From Peptoniphilus sp. (GTDB taxonomy: Bacteria; Bacillota; Clostridia; Tissierellales; Peptoniphilaceae), in assembly GCA_029983555.1 (NCBI GenBank), contig JASBZH010000001.1, forward strand, positions 21,130 to 85,129: a DNA stretch of 64,000 bases. The letters are read 5' to 3'. Under the pieces are notes generated by a model. It did no database searches and had not been told where the DNA came from. It was given only the letters and a program-made list of their open reading frames with translations. This document shows, piece by piece, positions 37,559 to 47,505 of the stretch. The translations under genes and the position numbers were made by a program. How positions within the stretch are numbered: position 1 is the first letter of the stretch; every line of letters begins with the position of its first letter.

Positions 37559-38908
37559 TCAATCTTCATTTGCTAATACAGAGATAGCACACTCAATTCT
37601 TTTCTTTTCCATTTCGCAACCAACTTTGTAAGGCTTAGACAAGTCATTATTGCTGTAATAAGCATTAGCATGACATCCGCCAGAACAATAATATCTTGCC
37701 CAGCATGTTGGACAATCTTCGTTAGTATAGACATTGGAATTTTTAAAAGTATCTCTAAGTTCAGTATTTACAATTCCTCTATCTACATCTCCTAATAAAA
37801 ATTCTTTTTCTCCAACAAATTGATGACAAGGATATATTTCTCCTTGTGGTGTTACTGCAACATATTCTGAGCCAGCTCCACATCCAACTGTTCTTTTAAC
37901 TATGCAAGGTCCTTGTGATAAGTCAATTATAAAGTGGAAAAATGAAAAGTCTTTATCTTTTTTTCTAAGTTCAATATAATCCTTACTCATCTTTTCATAT
38001 TCATTTAAAATTTTATCGAGGTGTTCTTCTCGAATTGCGTAAGGTTCTTTTTCATCAGTTACGACTGGTTCAATTGAAGTCTTTTTAAATCCACTGTCAT
38101 AAAAGTCTTTTAAATCCTTAGAAAAATCTAGATTTTCATTTGTAAAAGTTCCCCTGATAAAATAGTCCTTATCTCCTCTTTTAGAGATTAATTCTTGAAA
38201 CTTAGGTACAATTATATCGTATGATCCCTTGTCATTTATTGTAGGACGCATTTCATCATTTATGCTCTTTCTTCCATCTATAGAAAGTACGACATTGTCC
38301 ATGTTCTCATTAATAAAATCTTCTATTTCTTCGTTTAAAAGCATTCCATTAGTTGTAATTGTGAATCTAAAATGTTTATTGTATTTCTTTTCTTCTTCTC
38401 TACCATATTTTACAAGCTTTTTAACTAAGTCAAAATTCATTAGAGGTTCTCCGCCAAAGAAATCCACTTCTAAATTTTTTCGATTTCCAGAATTTTTGAG
38501 TAAAAAGTCTAAAGCTTTCTTCCCAGTTTCGTAGTCCATTAAGGATCTGTCGCCCTTAAAATCACCTTGAGAAGCAAAGCAATACTTACACCTCAAGTTA
38601 CAGTCATGAGCAACATGAAGGCACATTGCCTTAACTATATTTTCTTTATTATATTGAGGAAGTTTAAAGTGTTCGTCTTCAGAAAATAATAAATCTTCGT
38701 TTATTAAATATTCAATCTCTTCAATCGCTTCTTCTAACTTTTCACTATCAAATTCTTTAGAATATTTTTCAATTAATTGAGATCTATCTAAATCTAAAAA
38801 GTCGTCCAATAACTTGTAAACTATCTCGTCTACTAAGTGAACTGATCCACTCGCTATATCTAAAACTATATATTTTCCATTTAAATAAAATTTATGAATT
38901 CTATCCAT
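37559..38908 (-). CDS. scfB: SCIFF/ranthipeptide radical SAM maturase (RRE + rSAM + SPASM)
   Basis: CLHVAHDCNLRCKYC, DFFGGEPL, GCGAG...YPCHQF, CPTCWARYYCSGGCHAN; directly downstream of the SCIFF precursor. Start is ATG 38908 or 38920. Confidence 0.95.
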   Translation of the reverse strand: MDRIHKFYLNGKYIVLDIASGSVHLVDEIVYKLLDDFLDLDRSQLIEKYSKEFDSEKLEEAIEEIEYLINEDLLFSEDEHFKLPQYNKENIVKAMCLHVAHDCNLRCKYCFASQGDFKGDRSLMDYETGKKALDFLLKNSGNRKNLEVDFFGGEPLMNFDLVKKLVKYGREEEKKYNKHFRFTITTNGMLLNEEIEDFINENMDNVVLSIDGRKSINDEMRPTINDKGSYDIIVPKFQELISKRGDKDYFIRGTFTNENLDFSKDLKDFYDSGFKKTSIEPVVTDEKEPYAIREEHLDKILNEYEKMSKDYIELRKKDKDFSFFHFIIDLSQGPCIVKRTVGCGAGSEYVAVTPQGEIYPCHQFVGEKEFLLGDVDRGIVNTELRDTFKNSNVYTNEDCPTCWARYYCSGGCHANAYYSNNDLSKPYKVGCEMEKKRIECAISVLANED

Positions 38909-38926
38909 TTTCTTTCCCATTTCTAA

Positions 38927-38958
38927 GCAAAATAAAAGGCCTGTTAATCAAGCCTTTT
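38927..38958 (-). terminator. Stem-loop between scfA and scfB (leaky terminator or transcript stabiliser)
   Basis: Minus strand AAAAGGCTTG-ATTAA-CAGGCCTTTT-ATTTT. Confidence 0.65.
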
Positions 38959-38963
38959 TAAAA

Positions 38964-39104
38964 TTAGTTATTTTCGCATTTTTGATTTCCAACAGTGCAG
39001 CTAGTCTTGCAAGCTGATTGGCAAGATGTTTGGCATTCTCCGCATCCGCCTTTTTCGTAAGTTTTCTTTAAGTTTTTCTTAGTTAATGTTTTTACGAATT
39101 TCAT
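38964..39104 (-). CDS. scfA: Six-cysteine ranthipeptide SCIFF precursor (46 aa)
   Basis: Manual translation MKFVKTLTKKNLKKTYEKGGCGECQTSCQSACKTSCTVGNQKCENN; GGAGG SD; below the ORF-track length cutoff. Confidence 0.97.
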   Translation of the reverse strand: MKFVKTLTKKNLKKTYEKGGCGECQTSCQSACKTSCTVGNQKCENN

Positions 39105-39115
39105 TTTATCCTCCA

Positions 39116-39409
39116 TTAATTTTCTTCTTTTAATTCAGTTTTGTCTTTAAAAGTTCCGCTAATTCCCCACTTCATTATGTCAAGTTTAGAATGGTCGCTA
39201 GAACTTTCGATTATGACATAGTCTTCCTTAATAAGTACAACTTTTCCAATGATACCACCAATTGTCATTATCTTGTCGCCCACTCTTAAGTTTGCACGCA
39301 TATCTTGAATTTCTTTTTCTTTTTTCTTTTGTGGTCTGATTAACAAGAAATAGAAAATAACAAACATCAAGATAAGTGGTATGAATTGATATAAAACCGT
39401 TGAATTCAT
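39116..39409 (-). CDS. yajC: Preprotein translocase subunit YajC
   Basis: FYFLLIRPQKKK...LRVGDKIMTIGGIIG. Confidence 0.96.
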   Translation of the reverse strand: MNSTVLYQFIPLILMFVIFYFLLIRPQKKKEKEIQDMRANLRVGDKIMTIGGIIGKVVLIKEDYVIIESSSDHSKLDIMKWGISGTFKDKTELKEEN

Positions 39410-39432
39410 TAATTAACCCCTTTCATATTTAT

Positions 39433-39461
39433 ATTATACAGATAATTATTAAACTTAACAA
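39433..39461 (-). promoter_or_regulatory. Putative internal promoter for yajC-scfA-scfB
   Basis: TTGTTA-N17-TATAAT in the tgt-yajC gap. Confidence 0.45.
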
Positions 39462-39466
39462 GATTA

Positions 39467-40585
<1,119 letters not shown>

Positions 40586-41605
40586 CTACCTTATAAACAT
40601 CGCATCGCCAAAACTAAAGAATCTATATCTCTCTTTTATTGCTTCGTTATAAGCATTTAAAATATTCTCTCTAGTAGAAAATGCTGATACTAACATTACA
40701 AGAGTTGATTCAGGCAAATGAAAATTAGTTATTAGACGGTCTACACACTTAAATTTATATGGTGGATATATAAATATATCTGTAAAACCACTCTGTGCTT
40801 TAAGTGTTCCATCTTCTTGAGCTACTGATTCAAGAGTTCTCACACAAGTAGTTCCTACAGCTATTACTTTATTTCCACGGCTTTTAGCATCATTAATAGT
40901 ATTTGCCACTTCTTCATTTAAAATATAAAATTCTGAATGCATATTGTGATCGTTAATATCTTCAACTTTTACTGGTCTAAAAGTACCGAGTCCTACGTGA
41001 AGAGTTATATAGCATATTTTAATGCCTTTATTTTTTATTTTTTCTAAGAGATCCTTTGTAAAATGTAAACCAGCTGTTGGTGCAGCTGCAGACCCTTCTT
41101 CTCTCGCATAGACAGTTTGATACCTATCTTTATCTTCTAACTTTTCAGTAATATATGGTGGAAGTGGCATTTCACCAAGTTCGTCTAAAATTTCTTCAAA
41201 TATTCCATCATATTCGAATTTTAAAAATCTGGAACCATCTTCAGAAATGTCAATAACTTTGGCATGAAGTTTGTCGCTAAATTCAATTTCGGTTCCAATT
41301 TTTGCCTTCTTGCCAGGTTTTGAGAGACACTCCCATACATCATTTTTATGATTTAAAAGTAAAAACTCTATTTTTTCTTCTTTTCCAATCCTATGGCCAT
41401 AGAGTCTTGCTGGTCGCACTTTAGTATCATTTAATACTAATACATCACCTTCATTTAAATAATCAATAATGTCATAAAAATGTTTGTGTTCAAGCTCTCC
41501 TGTGACTTTATCCATTACAAGTAATCTTGAATGGTCCCTTTCTTCCATGGGATGTTGAGCTATTAGTTCTTTTGGTAAATCGTAGTAAAAATCTTTTGTC
41601 TTCAT
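40586..41605 (-). CDS. queA: S-adenosylmethionine:tRNA ribosyltransferase-isomerase
   Basis: [40 protein letters not shown]. Confidence 0.98.
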   Translation of the reverse strand: MKTKDFYYDLPKELIAQHPMEERDHSRLLVMDKVTGELEHKHFYDIIDYLNEGDVLVLNDTKVRPARLYGHRIGKEEKIEFLLLNHKNDVWECLSKPGKKAKIGTEIEFSDKLHAKVIDISEDGSRFLKFEYDGIFEEILDELGEMPLPPYITEKLEDKDRYQTVYAREEGSAAAPTAGLHFTKDLLEKIKNKGIKICYITLHVGLGTFRPVKVEDINDHNMHSEFYILNEEVANTINDAKSRGNKVIAVGTTCVRTLESVAQEDGTLKAQSGFTDIFIYPPYKFKCVDRLITNFHLPESTLVMLVSAFSTRENILNAYNEAIKERYRFFSFGDAMFIR

Positions 41606-41629
41606 AAATCCTTCTATCTAAATATAATT

Positions 41630-42745
41630 TTAATTGTTTTTTTCTATAATTGTTCCTGGAAAATAAAAACCGATTATATCTCTGTAGAGTTTTCCTTGTT
41701 TAGCCATTTCAACTGCACCATATTGGCTCATACCAACACCGTGACCATATCCTCTACCTCTAATTAAATAATCATCACCGTTTTTTTCTATATCAAATAA
41801 AGTTGATTTAACTGAAGTATTTCCAAGAAGTGATCTAAATTTATTTCCAGTTAATTTCTTTTCTCCAGCATCTGTTTCTATTATAACTTCCTTAACTCTT
41901 CTAGAATCATCTAAAGTAGTTTTAATACCAGTTATTTTATCTACACCTAATTTTGAAAAGTTTTTGGAATTCAACTTGTACTCCCAATCGTATGTTGAAA
42001 ATCCATCTTCCTTTGAAACTAAGTATGGAATGTCGCTTCCCCAAACGTCTTTAGCTGAAGCTGTAAATCCGCCTGATGACGCACCGAAAATTGTCTCTGC
42101 AACTTTGCCATTATATAAAACTAATTCTCCCTTAGTCTCATCTACAGCCTTATTAGTTCTTTTATCTTCAACATCTACTCCTCGATAAACTTGTGAATTA
42201 GTAGTGTCATCAAGATTATAGCCTTTCTTTATATATTTATTGTAATTATTTATTGCAAATGATCTAGAACATAAAGCTTGTGCTTTTAAAGATTCTAGTG
42301 GAAAACTTGGAGACATTTCTTTTGGCAAAACTCCCTTTAAGTAGCTGTCCATATCCACATTATTTATTATGTCTAATTTATTATTATTTATTCTAAAACT
42401 TATCGCACCTCTGTAACTTCTCTTTACAGAAGAAACTTTAATAGGAGATTTTGAATAAATAATAAAAGTTCCATTTGTAGGAAAATTTTTCATATTATAA
42501 TTATTTCCATAAATATTAATGTTATTATCTTTTAACTGAACTTCTAGTTTTTTGTTATTAGTTTTGTGAATAAGCTGAAAATCACTTGTATAAATATCTA
42601 GAGGTTCTTTTGATTCTAGTTGAATTTTACTTCCACTATTTACACTACTTCCTACTTTAATATCAATTCTTTCATAATTTTCTTTTGCAAAAACATTAAC
42701 ACTCAAAAATAATAAAAAAGCTGCAATGACAAGTATTTTTTTCAT
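41630..42745 (-). CDS. SpoIID/LytB domain protein (lytic transglycosylase family)
   Basis: Signal peptide; YLKGVLPKEM, LKAQALCSRS, SQVYRG, GYGHGVGMSQYGA. Start set at ATG 42745. Confidence 0.92.
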   Translation of the reverse strand: MKKILVIAAFLLFLSVNVFAKENYERIDIKVGSSVNSGSKIQLESKEPLDIYTSDFQLIHKTNNKKLEVQLKDNNINIYGNNYNMKNFPTNGTFIIYSKSPIKVSSVKRSYRGAISFRINNNKLDIINNVDMDSYLKGVLPKEMSPSFPLESLKAQALCSRSFAINNYNKYIKKGYNLDDTTNSQVYRGVDVEDKRTNKAVDETKGELVLYNGKVAETIFGASSGGFTASAKDVWGSDIPYLVSKEDGFSTYDWEYKLNSKNFSKLGVDKITGIKTTLDDSRRVKEVIIETDAGEKKLTGNKFRSLLGNTSVKSTLFDIEKNGDDYLIRGRGYGHGVGMSQYGAVEMAKQGKLYRDIIGFYFPGTIIEKNN

Positions 42746-42746
42746 A

Positions 42747-43748
42747 TCAATCTCCTTCAAATTTAATTCCAAAATGGTCGTACGCTCTTTTTGTAGCAAT
42801 TCTTCCCCGAGGTGTTCGCAAAATAAATCCTATTTGCATGAGATATGGTTCATACACATCTTCAACTGTATTTCTATCTTCCCCAATTGATGCAGAAATT
42901 GCATCAATTCCAACTGGCCTACCAGAAAATTTATCAATCATTGTGAATATGATCTTTCTATCAATACTATCTAGGCCATATTTATCTATTTCTAAGAGAT
43001 TTAATCCTTTTATCGCAACTTTTTCTGTGATTACTCCTCTTTCTCTAACTTCGGCATAATCTCTGACTCTTTTAAGTAGTCTATTTGCAATTCTAGGTGT
43101 ACCTCTAGATCTTTTTGCTATTTCTAAAGCCCCTTCTCTTTCTACTGGTATATCTAAAATTCCCGCGGATCTCATAATAATATCAACTAAAGAATCAACA
43201 TCATATAGGTCCAAATTTAAAAGAACTCCAAATCTATCTCTTAAAGGAGAAGAAAGCATTCCAACTCTTGTTGTTGCTCCAATTAATGTAAAGGGAGCAA
43301 GATCAAGCCTAATTGAACGAGCTGAAGGGCCCTTACCAATTACAATATCAAGTGCATGATCTTCCATTGCTGGATAAAGTATTTCCTCAACAGATGTATT
43401 TAGTCTATGAATTTCATCTATAAATAAAACATCATCTTCGCTTAAATTAGTCAGAATACTTGCAAGATCACCCTGTTTTTCTATTGCAGGACCTGAAGTT
43501 ACCTTTAAATTAACTCCCATTTCATTTGCAATTATACCTGCTAAAGTAGTCTTTCCAAGCCCAGGTGGTCCACTCAATAGCGTGTGATCTAATGGCTCAG
43601 ATCTATTCTTTGCAGCCTCAATAAAAATTTTTAATTTTTTAACCGCTTTTTCTTGACCGATATAATCCTCTAACCATTTTGGCCTAAGACTTACCTCTTT
43701 AGTATCCTCATCAGAAAAATTCGGTTCAACTAATCTATTTTCTTTCAT
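42747..43748 (-). CDS. ruvB: Holliday junction branch migration helicase RuvB
   Basis: LRP...[32 protein letters not shown]. Confidence 0.98.
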   Translation of the reverse strand: MKENRLVEPNFSDEDTKEVSLRPKWLEDYIGQEKAVKKLKIFIEAAKNRSEPLDHTLLSGPPGLGKTTLAGIIANEMGVNLKVTSGPAIEKQGDLASILTNLSEDDVLFIDEIHRLNTSVEEILYPAMEDHALDIVIGKGPSARSIRLDLAPFTLIGATTRVGMLSSPLRDRFGVLLNLDLYDVDSLVDIIMRSAGILDIPVEREGALEIAKRSRGTPRIANRLLKRVRDYAEVRERGVITEKVAIKGLNLLEIDKYGLDSIDRKIIFTMIDKFSGRPVGIDAISASIGEDRNTVEDVYEPYLMQIGFILRTPRGRIATKRAYDHFGIKFEGD

Positions 43749-43752
43749 ATTT

Positions 43753-44340
43753 TCAACTCATTATTTTTAAAGCTTCTCTAATCATTTGAGAAATTTCTAA
43801 TTCATCATCGACATTTTCCAAAGCATTTTTAGCCTCATACTCATTATAACCTAACGAAATAAGTGCCTCAAGTGCAGAAGATTTGTCAGGATTCTTGTTA
43901 GAAGTCATTTCTTCTAATGGTTCAAAGGCAATATTTAGTCTTTCTACTTTGTCTTTTAGCTCCAAAATAAGTCTTTGAGCTGTTTTTTTTCCTATTCCTG
44001 GAATTTCAGTTAAAGACTTTACATCTTCATTTAAAATTGAAGTCAATATAAAAGAAATCTCAGTATCATTTAATACTCCCATAGCAAGCTTTGGTCCAAT
44101 TCCAGTTACCATAGTTAAAAGATCAAAAATATCTCTTGTACTCTTATTCTTAAATCCATAAATTGTCATAGAATCTTCTCTTACTACTAGTCTTGTATAA
44201 ATTAAAACATCAGAATTTAGTATAAGTTCCATTAATTCTCTTTTAGCCATAAAAATCATATATCCAATATTTCCAGCTTCGAGAACTAGATATTCATTTT
44301 CAATAGATTCTACTTTACCTTTAATATATTCAAGCATCAC
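43753..44340 (-). CDS. ruvA: Holliday junction branch migration protein RuvA
   Basis: VVRED...[27 protein letters not shown]. Confidence 0.97.
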   Translation of the reverse strand: MMLEYIKGKVESIENEYLVLEAGNIGYMIFMAKRELMELILNSDVLIYTRLVVREDSMTIYGFKNKSTRDIFDLLTMVTGIGPKLAMGVLNDTEISFILTSILNEDVKSLTEIPGIGKKTAQRLILELKDKVERLNIAFEPLEEMTSNKNPDKSSALEALISLGYNEYEAKNALENVDDELEISQMIREALKIMS

Positions 44341-44831
44341 ATCATCCTAAAACTTTCTTTAAATTTAATTGAACTTCCATGAGTTATTGCAACAGCTAAA
44401 GCGTCAGCAACATCATCTGGTTTAGGGATTTCTTTTAAATTTAAAATTAATTTTACCATTTCTTGTACTTGTCTTTTGCTTGCTCTTCCATAACCAACAA
44501 GAGCTTGTTTTATTTGAAGAGGTGTGTATTCAAAAATATCTAAATGATTTTTCTTTGCACACAAAACTTCTACTCCTCTTGCTTGCGCAACTGTAATAGC
44601 AGTCTTTACATTTTTATTGAAAAAAAGTTCTTCAAAAGCTATATCGTCTGGTTTATATTTAACAATTAAATCGTTCATATCTTGATAGATTTCGTTTAAT
44701 CTATCTGGAGTTGGTACACCGGCTTTTGTCGTAATAGCTCCATAATCTAGTACTCTATATGTATTTCCATTAAGCTCTATAATTCCATATCCAACAATAG
44801 CAATTCCGGGATCAATTCCCATAATTATCAT
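44337..44831 (-). CDS. ruvC: Crossover junction endodeoxyribonuclease RuvC
   Basis: [26 protein letters not shown]. Confidence 0.97.
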   Translation of the reverse strand: MIIMGIDPGIAIVGYGIIELNGNTYRVLDYGAITTKAGVPTPDRLNEIYQDMNDLIVKYKPDDIAFEELFFNKNVKTAITVAQARGVEVLCAKKNHLDIFEYTPLQIKQALVGYGRASKRQVQEMVKLILNLKEIPKPDDVADALAVAITHGSSIKFKESFRMM

Positions 44832-44847
44832 AAATATCCACCACTTT

Positions 44848-44873
44848 AAAAAGGATAGCTAAACTATCCTTTT
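44848..44873 (-). terminator. Terminator-like hairpin between the hypothetical gene and ruvC
   Basis: Perfect inverted repeat AAAAGGATAG-N5-CTATCCTTTT. Confidence 0.65.
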
Positions 44874-45633
44874 ATTTATATCTCTTAATAACTTTATCAT
44901 TTATGCCGTCCCAAAACCCATTTCTAAATATTCTAAAACAGTCAGCATATAAAAATTTATATATTTTTTTATTCAAAAAATATAGCTCTTCTTCTGTCAA
45001 GTAAGAATCAACTTCCTTAATTTCTACATTGTCATTCTCATTTTTAAATACAAGTTGCAAGTCTAAATGTGAGTTTAAGTCATTTACTTTTTTACTCAAC
45101 AAATTCTTGTACATATCTCTTAGAGTTGATTTAATAAATCTCTTGACAATTTTATCTGATCTTAACTCTCTAAATACATGTCTTTTAAATGAAAGCACTT
45201 CAGCATTTTTAAACTCATAGTTAAAAAGCTTTTTTCTGCTATATAAATCATTTAGTGACAAAATATCAATTGCAGTCATTTCCAATTTATTTGCATACTT
45301 TTTTGAATTAAATCCCAACCTATATCCTTCTAAGTAAAGATAAAGTTCAAGTCTATTAATATCATCGTGTATCAAGTTCGATAAACTTCTAGCTATTAAT
45401 TCAATTCCCTGTTTATTTTTCAAAAACTTTATTATATCAAGCCTTAGATTATCTAAAGTGACATATCTTGGGAATACATTGTCAATAGATTCATAAATAT
45501 TATAAATATTTAGTAAAATATTCATGCTCTCTATATCGCCATTATACAAAAAATTTTCAATAAGACATTTTTTGACATCTTTGAAAGCTAAATTATTGTT
45601 TTTTTCTGGATTGAGTTTTGGTGCCAAATTCAT
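44872..45633 (-). CDS. Hypothetical cytoplasmic protein
   Basis: ~253-aa ORF from ATG 45633 behind GGAGG; no family I recognise. Confidence 0.75.
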   Translation of the reverse strand: MNLAPKLNPEKNNNLAFKDVKKCLIENFLYNGDIESMNILLNIYNIYESIDNVFPRYVTLDNLRLDIIKFLKNKQGIELIARSLSNLIHDDINRLELYLYLEGYRLGFNSKKYANKLEMTAIDILSLNDLYSRKKLFNYEFKNAEVLSFKRHVFRELRSDKIVKRFIKSTLRDMYKNLLSKKVNDLNSHLDLQLVFKNENDNVEIKEVDSYLTEEELYFLNKKIYKFLYADCFRIFRNGFWDGINDKVIKRYK

Positions 45634-45717
45634 AAGAAAATTCCTCCGAAAATTCATATAAATTTATTATACTATAAATTCGGAGGATTTGTAATAATAA
45701 TATCTATTTTAATAAAA

Positions 45718-46713
45718 TTATAATAATTTTATATCTTTTCCCTTGCAAATTTCTAAATTCTTTTCATCCCAAACGCCAACTTGAACTTCGCCAATATGCT
45801 CCTTTTCTAAGAAAAACATACATATTCTAGATTGACCAATTCCACCGCCAACTGTATAAGGAAGTTTACAATTTATAACATTTTGGTGATATGGAAGAGA
45901 AAGTCTGTCTGTATTATTTGAACTTTCACATTGAGAGACAATAGTATTTTCATCGACTCTTATTCCCATACTAGATACTTCAAAAGCATCTTTTAAAACA
46001 TCGTTCCAAAAAATGATATCTCCATTCAAATTCCAATCATCATAATCTGGAGATCTATCATCATGAGGTAGTCCTGATTTTAATTTTTCGCCTATACCTT
46101 GTATAAATACTGCCTTTTTTTCTTTAGCAATTAGCTTTTCTCGAGTTTTGGGATCTTTGTCTGGATACATGTCTTCAAGTTCTTGAGAAGTTATAAAGAA
46201 AATTTCATCTGGTAATTTTTTTGATAGAACATAAGGATATGTTTGATTAATATATTCCTCAGTTCTTTTAAATACAGAAAAAATTTCTTTTACAATTAAT
46301 TTTAAGTACTCCTCATTTCTATCAGACTTACTTATAATTTTTTCCCAGTCCCATTGATCCACATAAGATGAGTGAATTTCATCAAGAACTTCTTCTGCTC
46401 TAATCGCATTCATGTCGGCATAAATTCCTTCATACATATTGAAATTATACTCTTTAAGAGCATTTCTCTTCCACTTTGCCAAGGACTGAACTATTTCTAC
46501 ATTTATGTCATACTTTCTAAGGTCAAAGTCAACTGCTCTTTCCCCTGTCAAATTATCGTTAAGTCCAGTTTCTGGTCTTACAAATAGTGGAGCTGAAACT
46601 CTGGCCAAGTTAAGTGTGTTTGCTAGATCTCTTTGAAAATAATCTTTTACTGACTTAATTGCAATTTGTGTTTCTCTAAGATCAAGTGATGTTGCACTAG
46701 AGTTGTTTCTCAT
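45718..46713 (-). CDS. asnA: Aspartate--ammonia ligase
   Basis: VSAPLFV, EIVQSLAKWKR, YVDQWDWE, PDYDDW, GGGIGQSR, HIGEVQ. Confidence 0.97.
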   Translation of the reverse strand: MRNNSSATSLDLRETQIAIKSVKDYFQRDLANTLNLARVSAPLFVRPETGLNDNLTGERAVDFDLRKYDINVEIVQSLAKWKRNALKEYNFNMYEGIYADMNAIRAEEVLDEIHSSYVDQWDWEKIISKSDRNEEYLKLIVKEIFSVFKRTEEYINQTYPYVLSKKLPDEIFFITSQELEDMYPDKDPKTREKLIAKEKKAVFIQGIGEKLKSGLPHDDRSPDYDDWNLNGDIIFWNDVLKDAFEVSSMGIRVDENTIVSQCESSNNTDRLSLPYHQNVINCKLPYTVGGGIGQSRICMFFLEKEHIGEVQVGVWDEKNLEICKGKDIKLL

Positions 46714-46732
46714 CTTATTTCCCCCTTAATTT

Positions 46733-46766
46733 TAAAAATTCTTCCGCTTGTAGCGAAAGAATTTAA
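46733..46766 (-). terminator. Terminator-like hairpin between the Zn-PLC gene and asnA
   Basis: Minus strand AAATTCTTTCGCT-ACA-AGCGGAAGAATTT-TT. Confidence 0.55.
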
Positions 46767-46787
46767 AAGTCTTAATTATAATTAATT

Positions 46788-47438
46788 TTATACAAAACTA
46801 ATGTCAAAATTGCCATCATATACTAGAGCAGATTCTATTACAAAAGAGCATATTTTAGTACAAAAATCTAGAGCAAAATCTAAATCAGTATCAAATCCCT
46901 TGTCAGAATTCTTATACTCTTTAACAACTTCTAGTATATATTTTTTTATCTTTTCCTTAAGCTTTAGATCTAAATCACTGTAAAGATCTATATCTTCAAC
47001 AAATACTCTATTAGTGTACTCATCCTCATTTAGCTTATTTTCTTTTGCGTAGATGTTTAATTCTTGTTCGTATTTAATGTGACTTTTCATATTTCCCATA
47101 AAAGTCATTCTGTATGCATGTGGATAGCAAACATAGTCGCAAAGATAGTGCATAATAATGCCTAGCTTTTTGCTTAAATAAGAAGTAAATACAGAACTTT
47201 CATTGTTTTCCTTGAAAGAATATCTAGAAAAATAAACTAAATTTGCAATTTCTTTAGAAATATAATCTAGAGATTCGTCAAGATAATGTCTTTTAAACTT
47301 GTAATAAGGAAGATAATCAGGAGCTATAGAACCCCAAAGCATTTTGTCCAAGTCTAAATTTACACTATAATCTTCATCAATTCTATCGTAAACAAGTTTT
47401 GCTACGATTTTATGTGTTTCAGCTAAAATATCAAACAC
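46788..47438 (-). CDS. Zinc-dependent phospholipase C family protein
   Basis: N-terminal TH, WGSIAPD, H(Y), LGIIMHYLCD...H, HxxYE ligand pattern; no signal peptide. Confidence 0.8.
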   Translation of the reverse strand: MFDILAETHKIVAKLVYDRIDEDYSVNLDLDKMLWGSIAPDYLPYYKFKRHYLDESLDYISKEIANLVYFSRYSFKENNESSVFTSYLSKKLGIIMHYLCDYVCYPHAYRMTFMGNMKSHIKYEQELNIYAKENKLNEDEYTNRVFVEDIDLYSDLDLKLKEKIKKYILEVVKEYKNSDKGFDTDLDFALDFCTKICSFVIESALVYDGNFDISFV

Positions 47439-47505
47439 TTCCTATTCAAATAATAGTATTACCTTCATCTATCTGTATCTATTTTATATCTATTATCTAT
47501 AAATG

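Noticed and set aside
46788..47438. Alpha-toxin-like secreted phospholipase C
   Set aside because: No signal peptide and no C-terminal C2-like domain; only the generic zinc-ligand pattern is shared.
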